64,000 bases of DNA from Coleofasciculus chthonoplastes F2-STO-03 (GTDB taxonomy: Bacteria > Cyanobacteriota > Cyanobacteriia > Cyanobacteriales > Coleofasciculaceae), in contig JAVJWO010000153.1 in the NCBI GenBank assembly GCA_040222015.1, positions 32,001-96,000 of the forward strand. Reading direction: 5' to 3'. This document shows, one piece after another, positions 1 to 12,098 of this stretch. Within the stretch, counting starts at the first letter, position 1, and every line of letters starts with the position of its first letter. A model generated the notes under the pieces. That model saw only the letters and a program-made list of their open reading frames with translations. It had not been told where the DNA came from and made no database searches. A program made the translations under genes and the position numbers.

Positions 1-630
1 ATTGAGGACGTAGAAACGGTGATTGAAACCTATCACAAGCGCTACGTCTCACTCATGCAAGTCCATAAGAATATGATGGCAATCATCTTTCGCAATCACG
101 GGATGAAAGCCGGTGCATCCTTAAGTCATCCCCATTCTCAAATGATTGTAACGGGCATGGTTCCTCAAAATATTCGAGTGCGAGAACAAGAAGCCCAGCG
201 ATATTATGATCAATGGCAACGATGCGTGTATTGCGATATTTTAGAGTTTGAACAGCATCACCGGAGACGGGTAATTGCTGAAAATGAATCATTTCTGGCG
301 TTTATTCCTTTTGCGGCTGATGTGCCGTTTGAAATTTGGATTATGCCGAAAGAACATGAGGCAGATTTTGGTAGTATCTCCCCTATTGAAAAGTCACATT
401 TTGCGTTAATTCTCAAAAATGTCTTGACCCGCTTGTACGAAAAGCTAAGTGATCCCGATTATAATTATGTTATTAATACGGCTGCCCGTTACAAAGCCGA
501 AGAACCCCAAATTCATTGGTATTGCCAAATTAGTCCTCGGCTAACTACCCCAGCCGGATTTGAACTGGGTTCTGGGATTAGTATCAATCCTTCTTTACCT
601 GAAATTGATGCCGATTTTTTAAATTCTTAA
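1..630 (+). CDS. galT: Galactose-1-phosphate uridylyltransferase, 5'-partial
   Basis: Frame open from base 1; GASLSHPHSQ catalytic HxHxQ motif; C-terminal AGFELGSG..IN motif. Confidence 0.9.
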   Translation: MEDVETVIETYHKRYVSLMQVHKNMMAIIFRNHGMKAGASLSHPHSQMIVTGMVPQNIRVREQEAQRYYDQWQRCVYCDILEFEQHHRRRVIAENESFLAFIPFAADVPFEIWIMPKEHEADFGSISPIEKSHFALILKNVLTRLYEKLSDPDYNYVINTAARYKAEEPQIHWYCQISPRLTTPAGFELGSGISINPSLPEIDADFLNS

Positions 631-747
631 GTTTATTGGTCATTCGTCATACTCGCTTCGCGAGAAGCAAGCTACGTCATTCGTCATTTGTTATTAGACA
701 GAGAATAACGATAAATACAGCCATTCCGTAACAATTACAACTGGAGC

Positions 748-808
748 GGGGCGGGTTTAGTTGCATCTGGGTGAAGAAGAAACGATAATAGTAAAACCCG
801 CCCCTACA
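748..808. repeat. Dispersed REP-like palindrome GGGCGGGTTT...AAACCCGCCC
   Basis: Related copies near 4113, 5723, 14381, 16612, 32036, 34971, 53866 and 57044. Confidence 0.85.
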
Positions 809-917
809 CAGATGCCAAACTACGTCATTTTTCCTTTATCATCCGCGATCGCACTAGGGAGCATTTCAGGGACAGTACACTATTTATGGAATAGATCTTT
901 AACTGCCATTATTGGTT

Positions 918-1790
918 CTACAAATTCTCGGACTCTTTCTCGCGCAGTTCTCGCACGGCTTCCCAACTTAATCCTGTTGTTGCCGCGATCGCTTCGTCAT
1001 CTAGTAGGGTGAGTAGCTTTTTAGCAATAGCGCGTTGTTCTTCTTTTTTGCCTTCTTCCCGACCTTCTTCCCGACCTTCTTCCCGACCGAGAGTAACCGC
1101 TCCTTGCTGATCATAAATAAACATTTCTCGACGCTCCAAATCTTCGATTTCTTCGATGGTTAGGTTGGCTTGATTGGCAATTTCAAAGGCTCGGTGAAGT
1201 TCCGGGATATTGTCCATATTTGTGGGAACTTCATCGAGCGATCGCGCTGATTTGATAAAGTAAATCCATTTGTCAGTAATCGTTTCTAGTTCTTCAATTT
1301 CTTTGGTAAACTTGGGTAATTCAACAAAAATCATTTCAATATCGTTTTCGGGATAAACATAGCCCTCCGATACTTCTCGATAAACGAACCGGGAGGTAAA
1401 CGGATGGCGACCTGGGAACATCTCAAAATCAGTTAAGGTTAGAGCAATAACGGGTTTAAGCATTCGGTAGCCTTCTCCTTTTTGCAGTTGAAAGGCGTAG
1501 GTCTTGGCGGCGTTAAACAAGACTCTCTTCCCAAAGGATTGCACATTCAGCACTTGCATTTCAATGATTACTAGTGTGCCGTTTTTCAGTCTAGCTTTGA
1601 CATCCAGGTAAGTGTCTTTTAAGCCTTCAACTTTCGGGGGCAAGTTGGGATTAATGATTTCTAAGTCTTCAATAGTAGAGTTACCATCATAAATCAAGGC
1701 ATTGAGAAAACTAATCAAAATGTCTTTACTTTCAGCGGAACCAAAGATTTTCTTGAAGGCGTAGTCAGTTTTAGGATTGATAAATGTCAT
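918..1790 (-). CDS. Rpn family recombination-promoting nuclease / PD-(D/E)xK putative transposase
   Basis: FINPKTDYAFKKIFG, LDVKA..IIEMQ, FVELPKF..WIYF motifs and GREEG repeats; start at MTFIN preferred. Confidence 0.9.
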   Translation of the reverse strand: MTFINPKTDYAFKKIFGSAESKDILISFLNALIYDGNSTIEDLEIINPNLPPKVEGLKDTYLDVKARLKNGTLVIIEMQVLNVQSFGKRVLFNAAKTYAFQLQKGEGYRMLKPVIALTLTDFEMFPGRHPFTSRFVYREVSEGYVYPENDIEMIFVELPKFTKEIEELETITDKWIYFIKSARSLDEVPTNMDNIPELHRAFEIANQANLTIEEIEDLERREMFIYDQQGAVTLGREEGREEGREEGKKEEQRAIAKKLLTLLDDEAIAATTGLSWEAVRELREKESENL

Positions 1791-1858
1791 CGTTTGGGTC
1801 AAAACATGAGGGTTAAACTATTATAGCTTAGCTAGGGCTTCATGGCATTAAAACTTAC

Positions 1859-4012
1859 CTAATTCCTCATATTGGCTTGTTCAAAACTGGCGCTCGCTTC
1901 CTCTTCTCGTCCTAAATTCCGTAGCGCTAACCCTCGATTATTCCACGCTTCTGGGTAATCTGGCTGTAATTCTAATGCTTGATCAAAAGACAGAATGGCT
2001 TCGTCTTCTCGTCCTAAATTCCGTAAGGCTAACCCTCGATTGTTCCAGGCTTGGGCATAATTAGATTTTAATTCAATCGCTTGTTCAAAACAAACAATTG
2101 CTTCTTCATACCGCCCTAAATAATCCAAGGCTAACCCGCGATTATTCCAGGTTTCTGGGTCATCTGGCTGATTGTCTAAGGCGTGGCTGAAACTGATTAA
2201 CGCTTCCTGATAACGTCCTAACTGGATGAGGGTAACTCCGTGATGATTCCAGGTTTGGGCATCATCAGATTGTAGGGCTAAGGCTTGATCATAACTCTCT
2301 AAAGCCTCTTGGTAGCGTTCGACACTCTCTAAGGCAATTCCTCGATTCGCCCAGGCTTCAGCAAAATTAGGTTGAATGGCTAAGGCTTGATCATAACTGG
2401 CGATCGCAGCGTCCCAGCGCCCTTCTTGTAATAATAAATTGCCTCGGTTTACCCAGGCGGGATACAAATTCGGTTGGAGTTCTAGGGCGTTATCAAAGGT
2501 GGTAATGGCAGCCTCTGGGCGGTCTAAATGCATGAGGAGTAATCCTTTATTATACCATGCCTGGAAATAGTCCGGCTTGAGGGTAATTGCCCGATCAAAA
2601 CTGCTAATTGCGTCCTCTAAGCGTTCCAACTGACACAGCACTGTTCCCCGATGTTTCCAAGCCTCCGGGTGTTCCGGATACAATTCAACCACCCGATCCA
2701 AACAAGCGATCGCCTCTTGGGGACGTTGTAACTGCATCAAGGCGGTGCCTTGAATATACCAAGCATCCACATAGTCGGGTTGAATTGTCGTCGCTTGCTG
2801 ACAACTGGCGATCGCGTCTGCTAAATGCCCTAATTGAAATAATAAATGACCCCGATAAAACCAGGCTTGGGCATAATCAGGTTTCAACCTTGTCGCTTTA
2901 TCCAAACAAGCGATCGCGGCGTTGGGTTGTTCTCCCTGCATCAACGCCATTCCCTGCATGTACCACGCCTCGGCATAATCGGGATTAAAATAGGTAGCAT
3001 TCTGGCAACTCGAAACCGCTTCTCGATACCGTCCCAAATTATATAATGCACTACCCCGATTGCCCCAGGTAGAATAATCATCGGGTTTAAGCTGCAACGC
3101 TTGATCATAAGACGCGATCGCATCCTCTAAACGTCCTAAGCTAAAGAGGGCATTACCGCGATGAAACCAGGCTTCTGGGTAATTGGGTTGCAGTTCAGTT
3201 GCCTTTTCGCAGCTTGTCACGGCTTCAGCATAGCGAGTTAAATGAAACAGAACCAATCCCCGATTATTCCAAGCTTCTGGGGCGTTTGCTTGTAAGGTAA
3301 TGGCTTTTTCATAACTTGCTAAAGCATCTTCTAACCGTTCCAATCGATAAAATGTATTTCCTTGCTGAAACCACACCTCGTAATCATTGGGCTGTAGTGA
3401 AACCGCTTGTTGCCAATTCTCTAATGATTCATTATAACGGTTTAAATTAAACATAATCCAGCCTTTATTTTTCCAAGCATTAAGATAGTTATTATTTAAT
3501 CTTGTGGCTTGATCAAAGCTAGTTAATGCTTCCTCTTGGCGTCCCCCATTCATCAATACTAACCCTTGCATATACCAGGCTTGCACATAATCTGGTTGGC
3601 AGTGAGTCGCCCGTTGACAACTGGCTAACGCTTCTTCATAGTGTCCCAAATTATACAGCGTACTTGCCCGATTTCCCCAAGCCAATGCAAAATCAGGATT
3701 GAATTGTGTCGCTTGGTCATAGCTAGCTAAAGCATCCTCTAGGCGTCCTAATTTAAACAGAATATTCCCCTGATTAAACCAAGCTTCTGAGTAATCCGGT
3801 TTCAGCGTAATCGCTTTCTCATAGTGCGTCAATGCCGCGTCGAACCATCCAAGATGAAAACAAGTATTCCCCCAATAAAACCAAACTTCTGGCATATTGG
3901 GGTGTAATTGGGCAGCCTTCTCAAAACTCGCGATCGCTTCTCCATAGCGCCCAATCTTAAAGTATTCAATTCCCTGTTGCAACCACTGATTGGCTAAATA
4001 ATCATTTGTCAT
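1859..4012 (-). CDS. All-TPR protein (about 20 repeats of 34 aa)
   Basis: Repeated AWxxxGxxLxxLGRxEEAxxxFDxAxxLxP pattern over the whole length. Confidence 0.9.
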   Translation of the reverse strand: MTNDYLANQWLQQGIEYFKIGRYGEAIASFEKAAQLHPNMPEVWFYWGNTCFHLGWFDAALTHYEKAITLKPDYSEAWFNQGNILFKLGRLEDALASYDQATQFNPDFALAWGNRASTLYNLGHYEEALASCQRATHCQPDYVQAWYMQGLVLMNGGRQEEALTSFDQATRLNNNYLNAWKNKGWIMFNLNRYNESLENWQQAVSLQPNDYEVWFQQGNTFYRLERLEDALASYEKAITLQANAPEAWNNRGLVLFHLTRYAEAVTSCEKATELQPNYPEAWFHRGNALFSLGRLEDAIASYDQALQLKPDDYSTWGNRGSALYNLGRYREAVSSCQNATYFNPDYAEAWYMQGMALMQGEQPNAAIACLDKATRLKPDYAQAWFYRGHLLFQLGHLADAIASCQQATTIQPDYVDAWYIQGTALMQLQRPQEAIACLDRVVELYPEHPEAWKHRGTVLCQLERLEDAISSFDRAITLKPDYFQAWYNKGLLLMHLDRPEAAITTFDNALELQPNLYPAWVNRGNLLLQEGRWDAAIASYDQALAIQPNFAEAWANRGIALESVERYQEALESYDQALALQSDDAQTWNHHGVTLIQLGRYQEALISFSHALDNQPDDPETWNNRGLALDYLGRYEEAIVCFEQAIELKSNYAQAWNNRGLALRNLGREDEAILSFDQALELQPDYPEAWNNRGLALRNLGREEEASASFEQANMRN

Positions 4013-4226
4013 TTGTCTTATGTCTTATGTCTTATGTCTTATGTCATTGTTTACATCCATGACCTGATTGGTTGCCCCATTCTCAGATTTTCTTATATTT
4101 TAAAACTCGGTCAGGGCGGGTTTTGCACAAACGTTACCATCCATAACCACGCATAAAATCCCTAAACCCGCCCCTACAAACCAGGTTCCCTTAAAGGTCG
4201 TGAAGGGTCAACACTCAACACTTTTC

Positions 4227-5621
4227 CTAACGGCGATCGCGAAACAGAAGAATAAAGGCAATCACTACAGCTATCACTCCTGTGCTAATACTCCCCCAAA
4301 ATACAGGAGTGAACAAGAATGGCGTCTCTTTCGCTGGGGGCAGTTGTTCGACCAAAACCGTCGCGGCGATACTGCTGACAATTAATCCGATACCAATTAA
4401 CGCGACGGTTGTATTCAGCGTGCGATTACTTTTGGTTTGTTCAATACCACTCACGCTTCCAATCGTGCGAATCAAATTTTCCATCAATGGTAATCCGGGA
4501 CGAAATGTCGCGCCATCCGTAGCGACTTGTTGCAGATATTTTTCATCCGCTACTTCACTAAAGTGGTTCAAAAATTTTAAATAGCTGCTTGTTTCTCGTT
4601 CCAGCTTTTGAATCCGCTTTTGATAATTTTCTAAATTCCCCTGAATCGTTGTTGTATAGTAATCTAGGTCATTTAAATTCATGGCATAATCTGATAATAT
4701 GGGCAAGGTCTGGATTAAAGTTGATTGCAGTTCTTTTAAATTTAAGCCTTGAGCAGGAATCGGATTAGGCAAGGTACGGACACTGGCAACTAAACGTCGA
4801 ATTTCATAAGACTGAAGTTTTAACTCTTGAGTACGACAACGACTTTGCCAGTATGCCCAAATAATTTTATGGCGATAGCTAAATAAGCGGATTAAATCCA
4901 AGTGAATATCATACATATTTTGCCGAATTTCCGTAACTTTTTTGCCAGCGGGAAACATGCAAATTATCAGATGATAGTTTTCCTGACTAAACGACTCCCA
5001 GTCTTGCTGCCAATTATCGGGAGAATGCCAATATTCAAATACCCTTGCCCCCAACAATCGTCCTTGTTCTCTAAATTCAGGAGTCCATTTAGAATTGGGG
5101 GTGAGCTGTTTATAACAGTCTTTAGCCAGTTGCTTTGGGTCTTGATTACTATCAGCAATTTGCACCGACACTAACCAGGTTTGACCAATTGTGCATTGCT
5201 GGGTGGGGAGCAGTTCCCAGGTATCCAACTGATGATTAATGTGAGACGCAATAATTTGCTTGAGTTTGTTTAAGGTTTCAATGCGTTGGGTCGCATCATT
5301 CGGTTGTTTCGTTTCCGCATCTTTATAATCTCCCGAACAATTAACTTGCAGGGCGTAAGCATCTCCGAGTTGCAGCGCTCGATAGTATCCATCTAAGGGA
5401 GATTCAAATGCCTTAATCAAGAGTTGGACATAATCCGCTTCGGGATTTTCTATGGCTGCTAATTGGTTGAGTTTGTCATCGTCTAAGTTGGGATCGATTT
5501 TTTGCCAAAATTGTTTACGGTAGTGATGTTTTTCCGGTAGAGAGTGACCGAAACTCTCGCGCAGGTCATATAAGAATAGATCGACGGTAGGGTAGATTAG
5601 CTGAGTCGGTTTGTTCATCAT
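4227..5621 (-). CDS. Hypothetical protein with helical stalk and two C-terminal TM helices
   Basis: 464-aa ORF; hydrophobic segments VALIGIGLIVSSIAATVLV and ISTGVIAVVIAFILLF. Confidence 0.75.
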   Translation of the reverse strand: MMNKPTQLIYPTVDLFLYDLRESFGHSLPEKHHYRKQFWQKIDPNLDDDKLNQLAAIENPEADYVQLLIKAFESPLDGYYRALQLGDAYALQVNCSGDYKDAETKQPNDATQRIETLNKLKQIIASHINHQLDTWELLPTQQCTIGQTWLVSVQIADSNQDPKQLAKDCYKQLTPNSKWTPEFREQGRLLGARVFEYWHSPDNWQQDWESFSQENYHLIICMFPAGKKVTEIRQNMYDIHLDLIRLFSYRHKIIWAYWQSRCRTQELKLQSYEIRRLVASVRTLPNPIPAQGLNLKELQSTLIQTLPILSDYAMNLNDLDYYTTTIQGNLENYQKRIQKLERETSSYLKFLNHFSEVADEKYLQQVATDGATFRPGLPLMENLIRTIGSVSGIEQTKSNRTLNTTVALIGIGLIVSSIAATVLVEQLPPAKETPFLFTPVFWGSISTGVIAVVIAFILLFRDRR

Positions 5622-6002
5622 TGATGACCGTGGGAACGGGAGTGAGGGAGATGAGGGAGATGGGAAAGATGAGGGAGATGGGGGAGATAGGGAAGATGAG
5701 GGAGTTAACTCACCATTTGGTCAGGGCGGGTTTTGTAGAAACGTTATCATCAATAGCGAAAAGAAAGTCTCTAAACCCGCCCCTACACAATCAAAACTCA
5801 CGCGCCATGCACTCGAACGCCGTGAATGGTTCCCCAATCCCCAGAGGTGGCGGTCTAAAGATAGCAGATTTTTTTCCTCCACCCCTCTGCCTCTGCACCC
5901 CTGCGCCCCCGCACCTCCGCTTCTCCACCCCCCGCCTCTTCGCTAATTCTAGGAAGTCGGCGACAGTTTTGACCAAATGTAACGGATTGCAAAGTATAAT
6001 GA

Positions 6003-7484
<1,482 letters not shown>

Positions 7485-7783
7485 GAGAAAAATTCATTAT
7501 CCTAACCCCACTATCCGTCTTTACCGTAACTATCCCAGCTAAAGCCCTGGAACTAAAATCGGCGAGAAGCTGTTTTTTGTCTATGGGCTGGAAGCTGGCG
7601 TTCCGTTGAACTGGGTTCTAAGACTGACCCGCTAAATTTTAGCGTACTTGAGCTTGGGTTCTGGGAAACATGTTTCTCGACTATAGGAGTCAGTACCATT
7701 CTTTTGACTTCTTTTGACGGTTAACTGCTATGACTTAATCCAGGATCTACTCCGCAAGCCCCTAACCGAATTACCTGCAACGA

Positions 7784-8710
7784 ATGCTTCAATTGCCTAA
7801 ATCTCCGCCCATGAGAAAGCTGGTTCCTGAATCTGAGGCTTATGAAATCTGTCGTCAGATTACAGCAAAATATGCCAAGACGTTTTATCTGGCTACCTTA
7901 CTTATGCCAGAACAAAAGCGTCGTGCTATATGGGCAATCTATTTCTGGTGTCGGCGAACCGATGAACTGGTGGATGGTCCCCAAGCCCGTTTAACCACGC
8001 CGGAAACCTTGGATCGCTGGGAACAGCAGTTAGAATCTGTTTTTGCGGGACAGCCGATCGAGGACGCGGATGTGGCGTTAGTGGATACGTTGCAACGATT
8101 CCCGATGGATATTCAACCGTTTCGGGATATGATCGCGGGTCAGCGGATGGACTTATTCCGCAGCCGTTATGAAACCTTTGAAGAACTTCAGCTATACTGC
8201 TATCGTGTGGCGGGTACGGTGGGATTAATGACCAGTCCGGTGCTAGGATTTGACTTGGATTGGAGTCAAACGCCCTGGAATAGTAAGTTTGGGACGAATC
8301 CGGTAGAGGAAGCGATCGCGTTAGGGATTGCTAAACAGTTGACCAATATCCTCCGCGATGTTGGCGAAGATGCTCAACGGGGTCGAATTTACTTGCCATT
8401 AGATGAATTAGCGCTATTTAATTATACAGAAGAGGATTTATTTAAGGGAGTGGTTGACGAGCGCTGGCAGGAATTAATGCGCTTCCAAATTCAACGGGCG
8501 CGTAAGTTTTATACTTACGCAGAAAAGGGTATTGGGGCGCTGAGTCGGGATGCGCGTTGGCCCGTCTGGGCGGCTACGATGCTGTATCAAGGGATTTTAG
8601 ATGTCATTGAGCGTAATAATTATGATGTATTTACGCAACGGGCTTATGTGTCTAAGGGGCGGAAGTTGCTTTATTTACCAGTAGCGTGGTTAAGGGCGCA
8701 GGCGCTTTAA
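7784..8710 (+). CDS. crtB: Phytoene synthase
   Basis: [32 protein letters not shown] motifs. Confidence 0.97.
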   Translation: MLQLPKSPPMRKLVPESEAYEICRQITAKYAKTFYLATLLMPEQKRRAIWAIYFWCRRTDELVDGPQARLTTPETLDRWEQQLESVFAGQPIEDADVALVDTLQRFPMDIQPFRDMIAGQRMDLFRSRYETFEELQLYCYRVAGTVGLMTSPVLGFDLDWSQTPWNSKFGTNPVEEAIALGIAKQLTNILRDVGEDAQRGRIYLPLDELALFNYTEEDLFKGVVDERWQELMRFQIQRARKFYTYAEKGIGALSRDARWPVWAATMLYQGILDVIERNNYDVFTQRAYVSKGRKLLYLPVAWLRAQAL

Positions 8711-8810
8711 TCGTCATTTGTCATTCGTCATTGGTCATTTGGCTTTTTCATGAGTTCCTGGTAGGGGCGCACCGACGTGCGCCCAAAAAACTATATTCAT
8801 GTTTATCCAA

Positions 8811-9904
8811 TTAAGCACGAATTGGCTTCTGTGCAAAACACCAATTGGTAATCTCCTGTCCCAGATTCTCCCATTGCGAACGTAACGATGGCTCAACCAT
8901 ATTGGCAACTTTATGTAGCGACTTTTTCTCAAGCCAGCTAATAGTGTTATCTAATATATTCTTTCCCAAACCCAAAGACACATGGCAAGTACATTGACTA
9001 CTTGAATTGCAGACCCAATCACTAAGACAATGAATATCAATTCTACCTAAAATATTAGGTTCATTAGGAATACTGTTTTGCCAGAATTTACATACATTAG
9101 CATCAGTTTTACTAATTACATTTTGCAGTGTTACACCTTCTTTGATATCTAAAAATAATTTTAAATCATTATTTTTAATCTCATCTAATACTTTTAATGC
9201 TGCTTGCCTTTCTTTACTTTGTGATAATTCAGGTAAATCAGATAAAATGGAGATAGGGATTAAATTTTCTATTTCGCGTACACCTAAAATTATAAATCCA
9301 GCATTCATTTTATTGGAATTAGCTGGCTTTTGAATTAATTTAGCAGTATCACCGAGACTAGCATTTGGAGAAAACGGTTTTGGTTTTGCTGTATTTTGCT
9401 GTACTCAGTGGCAATTGTACTTCCCCCGCCCCCTCTATGCTCACAAGCTAATTGTATTCTTATATTGTTCCATATCAGGTAAACCTTAGCGATTGTTTCA
9501 TACAAAACGGCATCATTAGTATTTTCACACAGCAGTATAGTCTTCTGTACTATTTCTGAATCATTGAAAAATTTTGGAGGAACCTTAATAACTGTTTTAC
9601 CCGAGTCATAGTAAATCTTTTGTGTTGTATACTGATTGTTAACTTCAATGTACTTAGTTACAGTAGAACGATATGACTGAAACTTTGTGAAATTATTAAA
9701 TGCTTTGTTGTATACAGCTCTATCTGATGAAGATAAATCTGGACATTTCCTAATTTTATCTAAAGTAAATCGATCAGAAATTACTGCATGTTTACCCTCT
9801 GTTTGTGCAAGTGCAAGCATTTTAAGGGCTTTGATTATGTCATCAGACCAAGTATTTTGTTGTTCATCTTGGCTGATCAAAGAACTATGGATATCAATCA
9901 GCAT
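8811..9904 (-). pseudogene. TOPRIM/OLD-like nuclease partner of the upstream ATPase, split by a frameshift near 9370
   Basis: ORF 9335..9904 has ILLCENTND and GGGGST; another frame continues from about 9371 as SPNASLGDTAK...VREIENLIP into ORF 8811..9308; the expected DxD segment is absent. Confidence 0.6.
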
Positions 9905-9905
9905 T

Positions 9906-11507
9906 TTATTCAAATTCCATCTCGAAGAAACCTAGGGGCCAATCAATAAGATAGCCATCTGAATCAAATTTAGAAGTTCTTGTTATTATTGATTCGTTAT
10001 CTTTAGATGGCTCAAACAAAACAATATTTATATCCTCAGAATTAATTTTTTTGTCAGCAACTAAATGCCCTAGTCTGTTTACTAATACTTCACTATGGGT
10101 TTCAATTACCAAACGAAAATTGATATTTTTATCCTTAGCGGCTTTAACCGAAGCAACCAACACATCTGTTAGGATTCCCTGCAAACGAGGATGAAGATGC
10201 AACTCAGGCTGTTCTATAGCAAATACCACAGGAGTTTGACTTAATTGTCGGCGTAGATTGCCTTCTGCGCGACGTTCTGGAGCTTCACACAGCAGCCAGA
10301 GTTGAGTAATTATAGGAAGAAGTTGAGAAAAACCAAAGCCAGTATCCGCGACATTTACGGGTTTATCTGAATCTCTAGGAATTATTTCTATAGAAATATG
10401 ACCAAGGCTAGACTTAATTGACGGCTTAAATCCAAAATTCCGAAAAGTCCAGTCGGCAAAGTTTTTCATTTCTGATTCTGTTAGATTTCGCAAGAACATG
10501 GATAGATTACGTCCTTGATAGTCTACTTCATCGACTGCTAGATCTTGAGTGCGGTAATAACGTTCCGCTATAGCTCGTACTGGACCCATATATCTAATCT
10601 GCCTTGAAATTTTTCCTATAATACTATCACAATCCTCAATAATAAGTGGCACTGCATTAGCAATTATCAGATTCCTTAATCTTTTAAAAATTTCAGTATC
10701 TATTGTCCAGTTTTTAGTTTTAGTTTTCCAAGAGTTTTTAGCATATTGATTATCCTGAATGTCTTTTAACATTTCTTCAGAACTTCCCAGACCAAACGAA
10801 CGTGCCATTTTCTTGATGGTTTTTTCAGAAGTACGGGGATCAGCTATTCTCTTAGTTTCCTTTATGAGCATATCCGGGATTTTGCGAAACCTCGGCAAGC
10901 GTCCTCTAATGTAAATAGGTAGACTTTCTATTTCCTCCGAAGCAGAATCTATTTCGGATTGGTATTCAGTAATGATTGGCAAAATATAGCTGTTGCTTAA
11001 TTGTTGATATCTATACTTAGTTTCTGCCTTTAAAAAGTTCTCATTGTTTACATAAAATTTAGACAAATATTCATGCTCTCCAAATTCTATTTCAATAGTT
11101 GAATCTGCAAAAAAGATAGATAATCTTCTAGGTTTATTTGTTTCATTGATTTTAAAAATTTCTAAATCAATGCGAATTTCAATGGACTCTAAATATTCTT
11201 TGGTGTAAACTAACTTAGATCTAGTGTAAGGATAAAACAAATCAGATTGAAATTTAAATGAAAATAAAATACCTTGTTGTGCATTTTTTCTATGTGCATC
11301 TTCATATACGCCAAAATCCACTAGATGACCATTCCATAGAATTGGACCTGTTGTTCTAGATTCAACACTTTGCTTAAGTAAAGGTAAAACACGAAGAAAA
11401 GTACTCTTGCCTGAGCTATTTTGTCCAAGCAGAACAGTAATAGGCTTTATCTGAATAAAACCAGTATCAGATAAACAACGTAGATTTTTAATTCTGATGG
11501 AATACAT
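9906..11507 (-). CDS. ABC-type ATPase (AAA_21/AAA_15) with DUF3696-like C terminus
   Basis: Walker A GQNSSGKS, signature GFGFSQLLP, Walker B IEQPELHLHP, H-loop IETHS, C-terminal DWPLGFF; AT-rich. Confidence 0.85.
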   Translation of the reverse strand: MYSIRIKNLRCLSDTGFIQIKPITVLLGQNSSGKSTFLRVLPLLKQSVESRTTGPILWNGHLVDFGVYEDAHRKNAQQGILFSFKFQSDLFYPYTRSKLVYTKEYLESIEIRIDLEIFKINETNKPRRLSIFFADSTIEIEFGEHEYLSKFYVNNENFLKAETKYRYQQLSNSYILPIITEYQSEIDSASEEIESLPIYIRGRLPRFRKIPDMLIKETKRIADPRTSEKTIKKMARSFGLGSSEEMLKDIQDNQYAKNSWKTKTKNWTIDTEIFKRLRNLIIANAVPLIIEDCDSIIGKISRQIRYMGPVRAIAERYYRTQDLAVDEVDYQGRNLSMFLRNLTESEMKNFADWTFRNFGFKPSIKSSLGHISIEIIPRDSDKPVNVADTGFGFSQLLPIITQLWLLCEAPERRAEGNLRRQLSQTPVVFAIEQPELHLHPRLQGILTDVLVASVKAAKDKNINFRLVIETHSEVLVNRLGHLVADKKINSEDINIVLFEPSKDNESIITRTSKFDSDGYLIDWPLGFFEMEFE

Positions 11508-11689
11508 TTATGCCTCTTGAAAGTATTTAAAATGCCTTGTAGACCAATCGACTATCTCTTTATTTATAAAAAATAGGGGTTGTCTTAGTGTTGATCATTT
11601 TGAGTATAATGTGGGCAAACTATAGCTTAACATATCAACTAAAATACTTGATCGCTTAAACCATAAAACACCTACCGTTGACACAAAAT

Positions 11690-11860
11690 GGGACTTAATC
11701 CCTATAGCCCGCCTTCCACGCCTGTACGCTAAATTGCTGACATCCAGCTTCTGAGACAATAGGGACAAAGTTTGCCATGTCCTCGTAGCGATCGCACTCA
11801 TCGATACCAATGCAATGCTTGACGGTTACAGCATTTTAACCACCGCTACACATCGATCAG
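11690..11860 (-). pseudogene. dusA: Degenerate internal fragment of tRNA dihydrouridine synthase A
   Basis: Minus-strand translation VTVKHCIGIDECDRYEDMANFVPIVSEAGCQQFSVQAWKA, then a shifted WL*GLSP-like segment; matches the DusA PVTVKHRIG...HARKAWLQGLSP region. Confidence 0.75.
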
Positions 11861-12098
11861 GGCGGGTTGAGTTGCATCTGGGTGGGGTAAGCCAATAGAT
11901 TGCGGAATTACACGATGCGATCGCACGGTTGACATCCTCAGGCTGACTGGATAAGAGTTTGAGTCGTCTTTAGACGACTTGAGCTTTTAGCCAAGAACTT
12001 GATTGGCTGGTTGGCGGGTGTTAGGGCTTACTGAAAACGGGTTCAAAGACTTACTTTAGCGTAAAGACAATAAATTTATTTCATGATTTTATCTCGAC

